Below are positions 49,981 to 61,316 of a stretch of 64,000 nucleotides of DNA, piece after piece. Positions within the stretch are counted from its first letter, which is position 1, and each line of letters opens with the position of its first letter. Under the pieces are notes generated by a model. The model saw only the letters and a program-made list of their open reading frames with translations, did not search any database and was not told the origin of the DNA. The stretch lies in contig NC_091999.1 of NCBI RefSeq assembly GCF_044704955.1, positions 29,636,001 through 29,700,000 on the forward strand, given 5' to 3'. This DNA is from Pristiophorus japonicus. Lineage: Eukaryota. Both the position numbers and the translations under genes were made by a program.

Positions 49981-50479
49981 ACTGTAATATAAATAGAGAC
50001 AGGGTCTCGTGTAATGTAAACAGAGACAGGGTCTAGTGCAATGTAAGTAGGGACAGGGTCTAGTGTAATCTCAGCAGAGACAGGGTCTAGTGCAGTAATA
50101 CATTTTAAATCTCTGGCTTGCGGTTACTGTCCGTCTTACCAGTGGTAAAGTTTTCTAACTATTTACTTGATTAAAACTCCTCATAATTTTGATCGCCACT
50201 ATTAAATCTGCCTTAACATTCTCGGATATAAGGAGCACCGTCCCAGTTTCCAGCTGTTCTACTGATGCACCTCATGAACATCCAGATGAGGATTCGATAA
50301 GATTTGATCCCATTTTACAACAGTGCCAGAATATCATCCCAGGCAAGATAAGAGCATTAACCCCGGGAATTAAACCGATTGTGTAAGACTCGTCTCAGGC
50401 AATGAACTTTGGACACTCTGAACTAAATGACAACATCTAAAAAATTAAGCTGTGACGTGCTAAAGCCCCGGTACAATGG

Positions 50480-50925
50480 GATCACTCTCACCTCTGAGTG
50501 AGAAGGCTGTGGGTTCTCAACCCCTCTCCACAGACTGAGCACATAATCTCGGCTGGCACTCCCGGTACCAGTACCGAAGGAGAAGGGGAGGGGGGGCTAT
50601 ATTGACGGTGGAGCAGTCTTTCGGATGAGACGTTACATCTGCTGGGTCTTCATTCACAGTTGGATGTAAGAGATTGAATGGCACAATTTTAAATAGCAGG
50701 GGAGTTCACCCCGAAGTCCATTACACATACTTATCCATTAACCAGCATCGCTAAAGAACAGATTCTGTGGTTATTATCACATTATGTTTGTGGGAGCTTT
50801 CTGTGTGCAATTTGACTCCACGTTTCCTGCATTACAAAAGTGACTACACTTCAAACGTACTTCATTATAAAGCACTTTTGGACATTCTGAGGACGTGAAA
50901 GTCGTGAAAGTTATTTCTAAACGTC
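50480..50925 (+). mobile_element. tRNA-derived SINE (DeuSINE/SacSINE1-like)
   Basis: CTCTCACCTCTGAGT.AGAAGG.TGTGGGTTC head; GTTTGTGGGAGCTT.CTGTG.GCAA.TTG..CGTTTCCT.CATTACA..AGTGACTACACTTCAAA body; L2-like tail. Family name from memory. Confidence 0.55.
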
Positions 50926-51744
50926 AACATTTAAAATACACGTTGCAATGGGTGACTCCTCTGTTCGCTGTTTTAACTTGTTTAGATTAAGTGGCTGGAA
51001 TCTTACGCTAAATGGACATCCAGTGAATTACTGATCTGTTCAGCGAGGTTCCATTGACATTGGTAGCAGAATTTTCAGAATTGAATTATTAATTTTAATA
51101 TGTTCCCTTTGATATAAATCACATCTCTTCTAATTGAACAAACCAAAAACCGATGTCACAGCTGGAGATATTTCCATTTCTTTGTACCAACTACCAATAT
51201 TCATAAAATAAACCCGTGCTGTGAGTTAAAACTAATCAGTAAATGACTTTGTGGATCTGCTTTTGCTACCATGAACACTTCATGGAAACCTGTAAGGTGT
51301 TTATGTAAATAAACGCAGAAATAGAAGTCCCAGATTAGAATAGTGAACGACAGAATAGAAATAAACAGAGAAAGAAACGCTAATGTCTCAACGGATTCCA
51401 GCAACAATTGATGTTTGGGATATTTATTTTCAGTTATTGGTGAACAAATCAACGATGTTTTCCGCGGCCAGAATAGGGAAAGATTCTAGTCAATGTATAT
51501 AGTGACAGCTCAAATGTATTCGTGGCAATTCTCTGTATCCCCTCCCTCTCTGCCTCTCTCTACTATCCCCACCTTTTGCCTTGCCTCTAAAGAATGCGTC
51601 ATTATTTTTACTTCACAACAAGAAGTCAATGTCAAACAAAAATATTCTCTAAGGTCTATTTCCAGGCCTCAAACCAAATTGGTGGGTGTGCGGAGAGGCA
51701 GCTTTATAATAAAATATGTCGTGTGAACTCAATGATCTTGGGTG

Positions 51745-52092
51745 TTTGATGTGACTCTGTAGCGGGAACTTTACTCTGCATCTAACTACGTGCGGTACCT
51801 GCCCTGCGAGTGTTTAATGGGACGGTTTCGAGGGAGCTTTTCTCTGCATAGACCAGTGATGTACCTGCTCTGGAAGAGTTTGATGGGACGGTGTAGAGGG
51901 GGCTTTACACTATAGCTTACCCGTGCTGTACCTGCCCTGGGAGCGTTTGATGTGACGGTGTAGAGGGAGCTTTATTGTTTTTCGAATCGTGCTGTACCTG
52001 AGCTGGGAGTGTTTGATGGGACAGCATCGAGGGAGCTTTTCTTTGCATAGACCCGCGCTGTCCCTGCCCTGGGAATGTTTGATGGCACAGTG
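51745..52092. repeat. ~65 bp tandem repeat (~5 copies)
   Basis: GAGGGAGCTTTACTCTG.AT...CCGTGCTGTACCTGCCCTGGGAGTGTTTGATGGGAC.GTGTA. Confidence 0.85.
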
Positions 52093-52322
52093 TGACATCA
52101 CTATCGCAGAAAATTGTTTTTGTCAGTGCAACTTCCTGTATATTGCATTTCATGTTTACCTCTTTGACATCATCACGTCAGCAACACGTAAACAATGGGT
52201 GACGTCATTGTTTACAACAAAGCAGCGTCATCAACGTGATTTGGTCGCCATAGCTTCATCGGTGCGACGTCTGACCCTCAGCCAAATGGATTGCTCGATT
52301 TGACCTATATAGACACATCTAT

Positions 52323-53240
52323 ACCCCAGGGTCTAGTGCAGTAATAACCGAGACACGTCCCAGTGTAACATAGACAGAGAGAGGATATAGTGTAATATCT
52401 ACAATGACAGGGACCAGTGTAAAATATAAAGACACAGCGTCTAGTGTAATATAAACAGAGACAGGGCCTAGTGTAATATAAACAGAGACAGTGTCTAGTG
52501 TAATATAGAAAATAAAGGGGCTAGTGTAATACAAACAGAGACGATATCTAGTGTAATATAAAAATTGCAGGGTCTAGTGTACTATAAACAGAGACAGTGT
52601 CTAGTGTAATATAAACAGAGACAGTGTCTAGTGTAATGTAAAAAATACAGAGTCTAGTATAATATAAACAGAGACAGGGCCTAGTGTAATATAAATAGAG
52701 ACAGGGTCGAGTGTAATATAAATAGAGACAGGGTCTAGTGTAATATAACCAGAGACAGGACCAATCTATTATAAAGAGACAGGGGATAGTATAATATAAA
52801 TAGTGACAGGGTCCAACATAATATAACAAAGGATAACGTGCTCTAATACTAACTAATACATGAGCTATTGTAGTAGAAACATTGACATTTTCTAGTGCAA
52901 TATAAACTGAGACATATCGAGTGTAATATAAAGAGAGACAGGAACTAGTGAAATATTGACAGAAACATGGTGTACGGTCATATAAACAGAGACAGCGTCT
53001 AGTTCAGTAGTAACTGAGAATGGGTCTAATGTATTATAACGGAGGGTCCAGTACTGTGATAACTGATACAGAGCCGAGCATAATATAAGCAGAGACACGG
53101 TCTAGTGCAGTGTAACTGAGACAGTATCCACAGTAATAAAATTGGTCCCGAGACTTGTGCAGTAATAACTGAGACAGGGCCTTGTGCAATCCGAAAAGAG
53201 AGATGATCGAGTGTAGTTATAATTAAACAGGGTCCAGAGT
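52323..53240 (-). repeat. 27-bp satellite, inverted block (also 49983-50099)
   Basis: TAGTGTAATATAAACAGAGACAGGGTC, the reverse complement of the 53410-55975 unit. Confidence 0.9.
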
Positions 53241-53409
53241 AATTTAAACATATAGAATGCCTGGAATAATTTGATGGTAACATTCCAGCCATGCGAATCT
53301 TCATGTCTGTCTGACTGTCTATCTGTCTGTCGTTCGGTCGGTCGGTCCATTCGTCTGTCCGTCCGTCCGTCGATTCGTACTTCTATCCATCTATCTGTAC
53401 TTCTATCTA

Positions 53410-55975
53410 ATATTACACTAGAACCTGGCTCTCTTAAGACCCTGTCCCTGTTAATATTACACGAGACCCTGTCTCTGTTTATATTACCCGTGTCCCTGTC
53501 TCTGTTTATATTGTACCAGACCCTGTGTCTGTTTATATTGCACTCGACTCTGTCCCAGTTTATATTACATTAGACACTGTCTCTTTTTATATTAGTCTCG
53601 ACCCTGTCTCTGTTTATATTATAATGGACCCTGTCGGTGTTTATATTATACTGGACCCTGTCCCAGTTTATATTGCACTAGATCCTGCCTCTGTTTATAT
53701 TACTGTAGACTCTGTCTCTGTTTTTATTACACTGGACCCTGTCTCTGTTTATATTACACCAGACCCTGTCCCAGTTTATATTACACTAGACACTGTCTCT
53801 GTTTATATTGTACTAGACCCTGTCTCTGTTTATATTACACTAGACCCTGCCTCTGTTTACATTACATTAGACCCACTCCCAATTCATATTACACTAGAGA
53901 CTGTCTCTGTTTATATTAGTCTAGACCCTGTCTCTGTTTATATTCGACTAGACCCTGTCTCTGTTTATATTACACTGGACCATGTTTCTGTTTATATTAA
54001 ACTAGGCCCTGTCTCTGCTTATATTACACTAGACCCTGTCTCTGTTTATATTGTTCCAGACACTATCCCTGTTTATATTACACTAGACCCTGTCTCTGTT
54101 TATATTGTACTAGACACTGTCTCTGTTTATATTACACTAGACCCTGCCTCTGTTTACATTACACTAGACCCTCTTCCAGTTCTTATTATACTGGACCCTG
54201 TCTCTGTTTATATTAAACTAGCTCCTGTCTCTGTTTATTTTACACTAGACTCTGTCTCTTTTCATATTACACTAGACCCTGTCTCCGTTTATATTAAACT
54301 AGACCCTGTCTCTGTTTATATTACACTAGACACTGTCTGTGTCTATATTCTTCTTAACACTATCCCTGTTTATATTGGACTCGACCCTGTCTCTGTTTAT
54401 ATTAAGCTAGACCCTGTCTCTGTTTTTGTTACACTAGACCATGCCTCTGTTTATATTACACCAGACACTGCCACTGTTTATATTCTTTCTGACACTATCC
54501 CTGTTTATATTACACTAGACCCTGTCTCTGTTTGTATTACACTAGACTCTGTCTCTGTTTATATTACACTAGACCCTGTCTTTGTTTATATTCTTCCAGA
54601 CACTATCCCTGTTTATATTACACTAGACCCTGTCTCTGTTTATAATACACTAGACCCTGCCTCTGTTTATATTACACTAGACACTGTCTCTGTCTATATT
54701 CTTCTTAACACTATCCCTGTTTATATTGGACTCAACCCTGTCTCTGTTTATATTAAACTAGACCCTGTCTCTGTTTATATTACACTAGGACATGTCTCTG
54801 TTTATATTACACCAGACACTGCCTCTGTTTATATTCTTTCTGACACTATCCCTGTTTATGTTATACTAGACCCTGTCTCTGGTTGTATTACACTGGACCC
54901 TGTCTCTTTTTATATTACACTAGACCATGTCTCTGTTTATATTACACCAGACACTGCCTCTGTTAAATTCTTTCTGACACTATCCCTGTTTATATTGCAC
55001 TAGACCCTGTCTCTGTTTGTATTACACAAGACGCTGTCTCTGTTTTTATTACACTAGACCCTGTCTCTGTTTTTATTCTTCCAGACACTATCCCTGTTTA
55101 TATTACAATAGACCTTGTCTCTGTTTATAATACAATAGACCCTGTCTCTGTTTATTTTACTCCAGACCCTGTCTCTATTTATATTACACTGGACCCGGTC
55201 TCTGTTCATATCACACAAGACCCTGTCTCTGTTTATATTCTTCCAGACACTATCCCTGTTTATATTACACTAAACGCTGTCTCTGTTTATAATACACTAG
55301 ACCCTGTCTCTGTTTATAATATACTAGACACTGTCTCTGTTTATACTACATTAGACCCTGTCTCTGTTTATATTACACCAGACACTGCCTCTGTTTATAT
55401 TCTTGCTGACACTATCCTTGTTTATATTTCACTAGACCCTGTCTCTGTTTATAATACACTAGACCCTGTCTCTGTTTATACTACACTAGACCCTGTCTCT
55501 GTTTATTTTACTCTAGACCCTGTCTCTATTTATATTACACTGGACCCTGTCTCTGTTAATATCACACAAGACCCTGTCTCTGTTTATCTTCTTCCAGACA
55601 CTATCCCTGTTTATATTACACAAGACCCTGTCTCTGTTTATAATATACTAGACACTGTCTCTGTTTATACTACATTGGAATCTGTCTCTGTTTATATTAC
55701 ACTAGACCCTCTCTCTGTTTATATTACACTAGACAGTGTCTCTGTTTATATTGCACCAGACACTATCTTTGTTTATATTCTTTCTGACACTATCCTTGTT
55801 TATATTACACTAGACCCTATCTTTGTTTGTATTACACTAGACTCTGTCTCTGTTTATATTCCAATATACACTGTCTCAGTTTATATCACACGAGACCCTG
55901 TCTCTTCTTATAATACGCCAGGCATTGTCACTGTTTATATAACTTCGACACTGTCTCTCTTTTTATTACACCAGA
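53410..55975 (+). repeat. 27-bp satellite (ACTAGACCCTGTCTCTGTTTATATTAC), ~95 copies
   Basis: Direct tandem array; it produces the spurious TLDPVSVYI-repeat ORFs. Confidence 0.95.
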
Positions 55976-56799
55976 TCATCTTTCCTTTTCAAATATATAT
56001 TGATTTCCCTATTTGAAAGTTATAATTAAATTTGCTGCCATCACCCTTTCAGACACTACATTCCAGGTTATTGCAACTCGCTGCATAAAATATCTCCTTA
56101 TCTCCCGTCTGGATTTATTTTTTCATTCATCTTAATCTTTGTGTTCTGGTTACCGATAGACTTGCCGATAGAATCCCCACCTTACTATCAACTCAATGAA
56201 ACCCCTTCACAATTTTGAAAACATCTGTTAATTCTCCCCTAAGCATTCCCTGCTATAATAAGAATAAACCCATCCTCTCTCGTCTCCAGAAAACTGAACT
56301 CCCTCATGCCTTGCACCAATCTCCTCTGCTTCCTCGACAAGAGCCCGACAATCTTCTTAAAATTTGGATTGAAAAAAATTCAATCTTTATTTGCCCTTCA
56401 GATTATTTCTAAGGATACATGCTCCCTTCAAATTTGACTGACTGAGAAGCATTAATTATATTGTTTTACTTGTTTTGACAAAATGGACGGTGACTGAAAT
56501 GCTCAGCAACATCCGTCTCCACATGACTCATGTATTAATATGATCATTGTCGCCACCTGCTGATAAACGACATCTACTGCAAGCTCCAGAGCTTACTTCA
56601 AACATGATTCACAACACCCACAACAATAACTTGCTTGAACGTTTACCCAGAGGATTTTTTTTAGAACAAACCACAAGAGGTGCAGATGATCAGGAAGTAT
56701 AAAGGGCGGAATTAGCAAAATTATTATTGCAAATTCACCTTCAGCTCATCATACAGAGCTGTCAGATTAGATAAACTTCCATAATGAATAAAAACCTCA

Positions 56800-58203
56800 G
56801 AGGAAAAATGGTGCAACCGTGGCTAACAAGGGAAGTTAAAGATCGTATTAGATTAAATTAACAGCCATGGAATGTTGACAAAAAGAGTAGTAAGCCCGAA
56901 AATTGGGAAGATTTTGGAATTCTGCAAAAGATGCACATGCAACTGATAATATGGGAGAAAATATAAAATTAAATAAGCTATCAAAATCTACAAACAGATT
57001 GTTAGAGCTTCTACACGTGTATAGAAAGATGACTTAAATTAGCGTACTTTACAATACAAAGGTAGATGGGACAGTAAACAGTGAGGAAGAAGTAAGGAGG
57101 CTGCAAAGGGATATTGACAGGTTAAGTGAGTGGGCATGAACATGGCAGTTTGAGTATAATGTGGAGAAGTGTGAAGTTACGCACTTTGGTAGGATAAATA
57201 GAGATGCAGAAAATGTTTTGAATGCTGAGAAACTGGGTAATATTGTTATTCAGAAAGACCTGGATGGCCTTGTACACGAATCACAGAAAGCTAACATGGA
57301 GCCAAAGTGAGCAATTAGGAAAGCAAATGGTAAGCAACATTTTATTGCAAAGGGATTGGAGTATTAGAAAAAAGAAGCCTTCATGCACTTATATAGGGCT
57401 CTGCTGAGACTTCACCTGGTGTATCGTGTACAGTTTTGTTCTCCTTATCTAAGGAAGGATGCACTTGCCTTGGAGGGAGTGCATCTCAGGTTCATCAGAC
57501 TGATCTGATTCCTGGGACGGCGGCGGGGGCGTGAGGCTGTTCTATCAGGAGAGATTGAGTATCTAATGTCCATATTTCCTCGGAAATCACAACATAAGAA
57601 CATAAGAATTGGGAGCAGGAGTAGGCCATATGATTCAGCGAGCCTGTTCCGTCATTCAACGGGATCATGGCTGCTGTTCTACCTCAACTCCCCTTCCCTG
57701 CACTATCCACATATCTTAATGGAAACATATGCAGGGCTTCAGGGAAATGGCGGGGGATTGGTCAATTATACAAAGTACGTCAACTGTGGTCTAACCATGT
57801 TCAGCATAACTATTGCACGTTTCAATTTTATCCCTCTAGAAATAAACCCGAGTGTAGGTGTTCTTCTTTTTATAGCATTATTAACCTGCGTCGCTACCTT
57901 TAGTGATGTGTGTATTTGCATTCTCAGAGACCTGTATTCCTCCATCCCACATAGATTCTTATTTTAAACGTGATAAGTGACCTCCTTATTTTTCTCACCA
58001 AACTGTAATAACTCATACTTGTCTGTGTTGAAATTAATTAGTCAGTTCGTGTATTCTTTTAATTAGTTGCAGTGTTCCTCAGTATTTACACGCCGACCCG
58101 CCCGCCCCAAGTGCATTGGTAAAATTTAGATATTGTGTGTTTGACTCCAAAATCTAAATTTTAATATAAGTTGTGAACAATAGTGGACCCAGCACTGACC
58201 TTT
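56800..58203. mobile_element. decayed CR1 fragments, followed by N-gap 58204-58680
   Basis: LQ.DIDRL.EWA..WQ..YNV.KCEV.HFG and SVLGPLLF remnants; octamer tail at ~57590. Confidence 0.75.
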
Positions 58204-60214
58204 NNNNNNNNNNNNNNNNNNNNNNNNNNNNNNNNNNNNNNNNNNNNNNNNNNNNNNNNNNNNNNNNNNNNNNNNNNNNNNNNNNNNNNNNNNNNNNNNN
58301 NNNNNNNNNNNNNNNNNNNNNNNNNNNNNNNNNNNNNNNNNNNNNNNNNNNNNNNNNNNNNNNNNNNNNNNNNNNNNNNNNNNNNNNNNNNNNNNNNNNN
58401 NNNNNNNNNNNNNNNNNNNNNNNNNNNNNNNNNNNNNNNNNNNNNNNNNNNNNNNNNNNNNNNNNNNNNNNNNNNNNNNNNNNNNNNNNNNNNNNNNNNN
58501 NNNNNNNNNNNNNNNNNNNNNNNNNNNNNNNNNNNNNNNNNNNNNNNNNNNNNNNNNNNNNNNNNNNNNNNNNNNNNNNNNNNNNNNNNNNNNNNNNNNN
58601 NNNNNNNNNNNNNNNNNNNNNNNNNNNNNNNNNNNNNNNNNNNNNNNNNNNNNNNNNNNNNNNNNNNNNNNNNNNNNNNNACTGATACTCCAGCTGACTG
58701 CTGCTACTGACATGATGTCTGAGACTTTGGATATATTTCCTTTCCTGCAATATGTGAATAGTTACACACATTTACACAACGAAAACATTTTACTTAACAC
58801 CAGTTCTGTTATTGGGTAGATGTGTATATAAATAGGTCTTTTCACAACGTAAATGTTTTGAAGTTGGCTTCCAGGCATGCGGTCAGTAGAGCGAAAAGTG
58901 ACCTTTGATGGAGTGCACAGAACCCCAGATGCTTCCTGAAAATGACACTGGTGTTCGAGGCTCGCTGACGGCAGTCGGTTGGGTTACTGCCAAATATTGT
59001 GCGGGTCAGATTAGCGTGAACAAGAATGAGAGAAAGATGGTATTTAACTATTTAAATATTACATTATTCAGTCGAACTTTTAAAATAAGAAACATTTTAC
59101 ATAGTATAACATCTCAAGAATGATTTTACGTAAATTGCATGCTCACAATATTACAAAACAGTATCGGAAAATAATGAATTGATCCACACGGTACCTAATG
59201 AAAACTATTTCCAAATAAAGACCATTCTAAATCTTTCAGTCGATTTATTCAGTACAGCATGAAGTGCTGGAGAGAGGTTTAATGTCCTCACCCCACACTG
59301 TAATGAGATGAGTGGGATTCGCAAAGTAACTAAAACAGGTTGAAGTGCCTTGAATATTCTCACAGAGAAGTGCCAGCTGCACTTCTTTAATATTCTCACA
59401 GAATTTCGCGCCTGGTCTAAACTAATGTCTCCATTATTCGTGATTAGTAGCCGCGCAGTGTGCAGTGTAATTTGAACTGATTTGGATCGCTGAACAAGCC
59501 CTCTCACAGCCCGGCTACCAGTGGGTGGTGAAAGGCCCAGATTGTGATCTGTTTCTGCTGGAGATGAAGCATTTATTCCTGTGATATTCTGTAACATATC
59601 AGTATGTCCTGATAGACCGTGTTCCTGTTACCCGTGTCTGTTACACATTCGGTCGCTATTAAAGTTAGCTGCAAGGATTTGGATGTCGAGGTTTGCTGAT
59701 CACATTATCGATTCTGATTCACCAGCTTCTCTCATAAAACGCTGGTCTGAAGCGGGCGGGCCCCACTTTCTTATGTGTCTTCGTCAACTCACTCCTTAAT
59801 CATCAGACAAGCGGACTTATTTTACAGCTAAATTTACAAACGGCTGTCTTAGAGTCACAGACTCAGGGGCAGTTAGTGAAATGCAGTGAGAGACAATTGT
59901 ATAATGTGAGGAGTATGATCTCATCTCCAGAACAAAAGTGTAGCTTCAGCCAAGTACACTGTAAATAGAATCACATTACCCATCTACCGCACTCGGGTAC
60001 ATAGAGTGATATCAATTCAGATTATAGGGGATACTTTACTGGTACAGTTGCATGGATAGATAGCGGGAGATGTAAAAGCACAAACTGGCCGTGTCTTTAG
60101 ATCCTGATAATGTAATTCAATCTCAAAGATTTACATCCCCTGTGAAAGAGTGAGCAATAAAGGGATTTAATTTACAGTCCAGATGTGAGTCCATTCTGTT
60201 GGTGATGTGGAAAG

Positions 60215-60222
60215 AGTGACGT
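60215..60222 (+). promoter_or_regulatory. CRE/TCR-decamer-like element in the VH promoter
   Basis: AGTGACGT ~170 nt upstream of the VH ATG; TATA-like TATTTAG at ~60290; no ATGCAAAT octamer seen nearby. Confidence 0.5.
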
Positions 60223-60388
60223 GGATCCAGAAACCGCTTCTATCAGGGAATCAATGGGTGGCGCCTTTAACTTCGCCCCCATCTCCCGGTATTTAGCTGC
60301 CGGCCACTGGGAGCGCAGTACAACAGTCTGGGAGTGGGTTTGCTCAGTGAGTTCTTGCCGGAACCAGTCACCACACATTGCCAGGAGG

Positions 60389-60882
60389 ATGAGGTCGGCG
60401 ATTGCTTTCGTTCTGTTGCTGGCTTAACTTTCCCGTGAGTAGTTTTTATTGTCCAATTCTCTCATTGTTACTGTCTCAGTGATAGTCTCTCTATGGAATT
60501 TTACAGAGTCAGGAATCATTTCTCGAGGATTGATCCTCGGGGTATTTTGATTATTTTTACAGGTGTCCAGTCGGATGTGGTGTTGACTCAGCCCGAGGCA
60601 AAGACCAGGATTTCCTGAGGCTCCCTGAGACTGACCTGTAAACCAGCGGGTTCGATCTTAGCGGCTATGGCATGAACTGGGTCCGCAAGGTTCCCGCACA
60701 GGAGCTGGAGTGGCTGGTTTACTACTACACTCCAGCGAGCAACAATAACGTCCCAGGGATTGAGAGCCGATTTACTGCGTCCAAAGACACTTCAAACAAC
60801 ATCTTCACGTTGGACATGAAGAACATGAGGAGCGAAGACACCGCCATCTATTACTGTGCAAGGAAGGACTACGGGAGTGGGT
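60389..60882 (+). pseudogene. IGHV: IgH (IgM-type) VH with germline-joined D1 (leader 60389-60434; VD exon 60563-60882)
   Basis: Leader MRSAIAFVLLLA*LS|GTGAGT. Exon [22 protein letters not shown] [-1] [28 protein letters not shown]...[32 protein letters not shown], extended by AAGGACTACGGGAGTGGGT before the RSS. Confidence 0.92.
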
Positions 60883-60920
60883 CACGGTGCAATACAGAGC
60901 GAGCTCTCCATACAAAAACC
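60883..60920 (+). promoter_or_regulatory. 22-bp RSS (3' of D1)
   Basis: CACGGTG-22 nt-ACAAAAACC (perfect nonamer). Confidence 0.9.
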
Positions 60921-61238
60921 CCAGACAGGGAGTTTGCTCATACCTGCGACCATTACCACGCCAGGAGCGTCGAAGGAACTGAGGCTTAAATAAAAATAAT
61001 TAGAAATAAGTTATATATATATATATATATTTAAATGTATAACTGTTTTCTTCTTTATTACTATTGATTGCCATGTTGAACATGCACAGATGCTTCAGAA
61101 GTATTCCAATCATTTTTTAAATATAATGAACGGTACAAAATGAAATATCTCGCTGATTCACTCTTACGATAGTCGGAATCGGGTTTTTAGAGCTGGGTGG
61201 AATTTAATCTCTGTATTTTACAGTTAACAGTCCGCCGG

Positions 61239-61266
61239 AGTATTTGACACAACGTGTCTCACTCTG
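61239..61266 (+). promoter_or_regulatory. 12-bp RSS (5' of D2-J)
   Basis: AGTATTTGA-12 nt-CACTCTG (6/9 and 6/7 matches to GGTTTTTGT/CACTGTG); no nonamer at 22/23 spacing. Confidence 0.7.
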
Positions 61267-61316
61267 TTACGCAATTGGCTACTGGGGACAAGGAACCATG
61301 GTGACGGTGACTGCAG
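61267..61316 (+). pseudogene. IGHJ: JH segment, probably pre-joined to a D2 remnant; splice donor mutated
   Basis: YAIGYWGQGTMVTVTA followed by G|ATAAG (GT to AT). Confidence 0.9.

Noticed and set aside
53525-55003. 492-aa ORF of TLDPVSVYI repeats
   Set aside because: Translation of a 27-bp satellite (a multiple of 3 with one stop-poor frame); non-ATG start, no gene context, and the array continues beyond the ORF.
23003-58771. ORFs containing X runs (23.0-23.5, 25.8-26.1 and 58.1-58.8 kb)
   Set aside because: Artefacts of assembly N-gaps.
61181-61190. GGTTTTTAG nonamer-like sequence between D1 and J
   Set aside because: No heptamer at 12 or 22/23 nt, so no separate unjoined D2 is supported.
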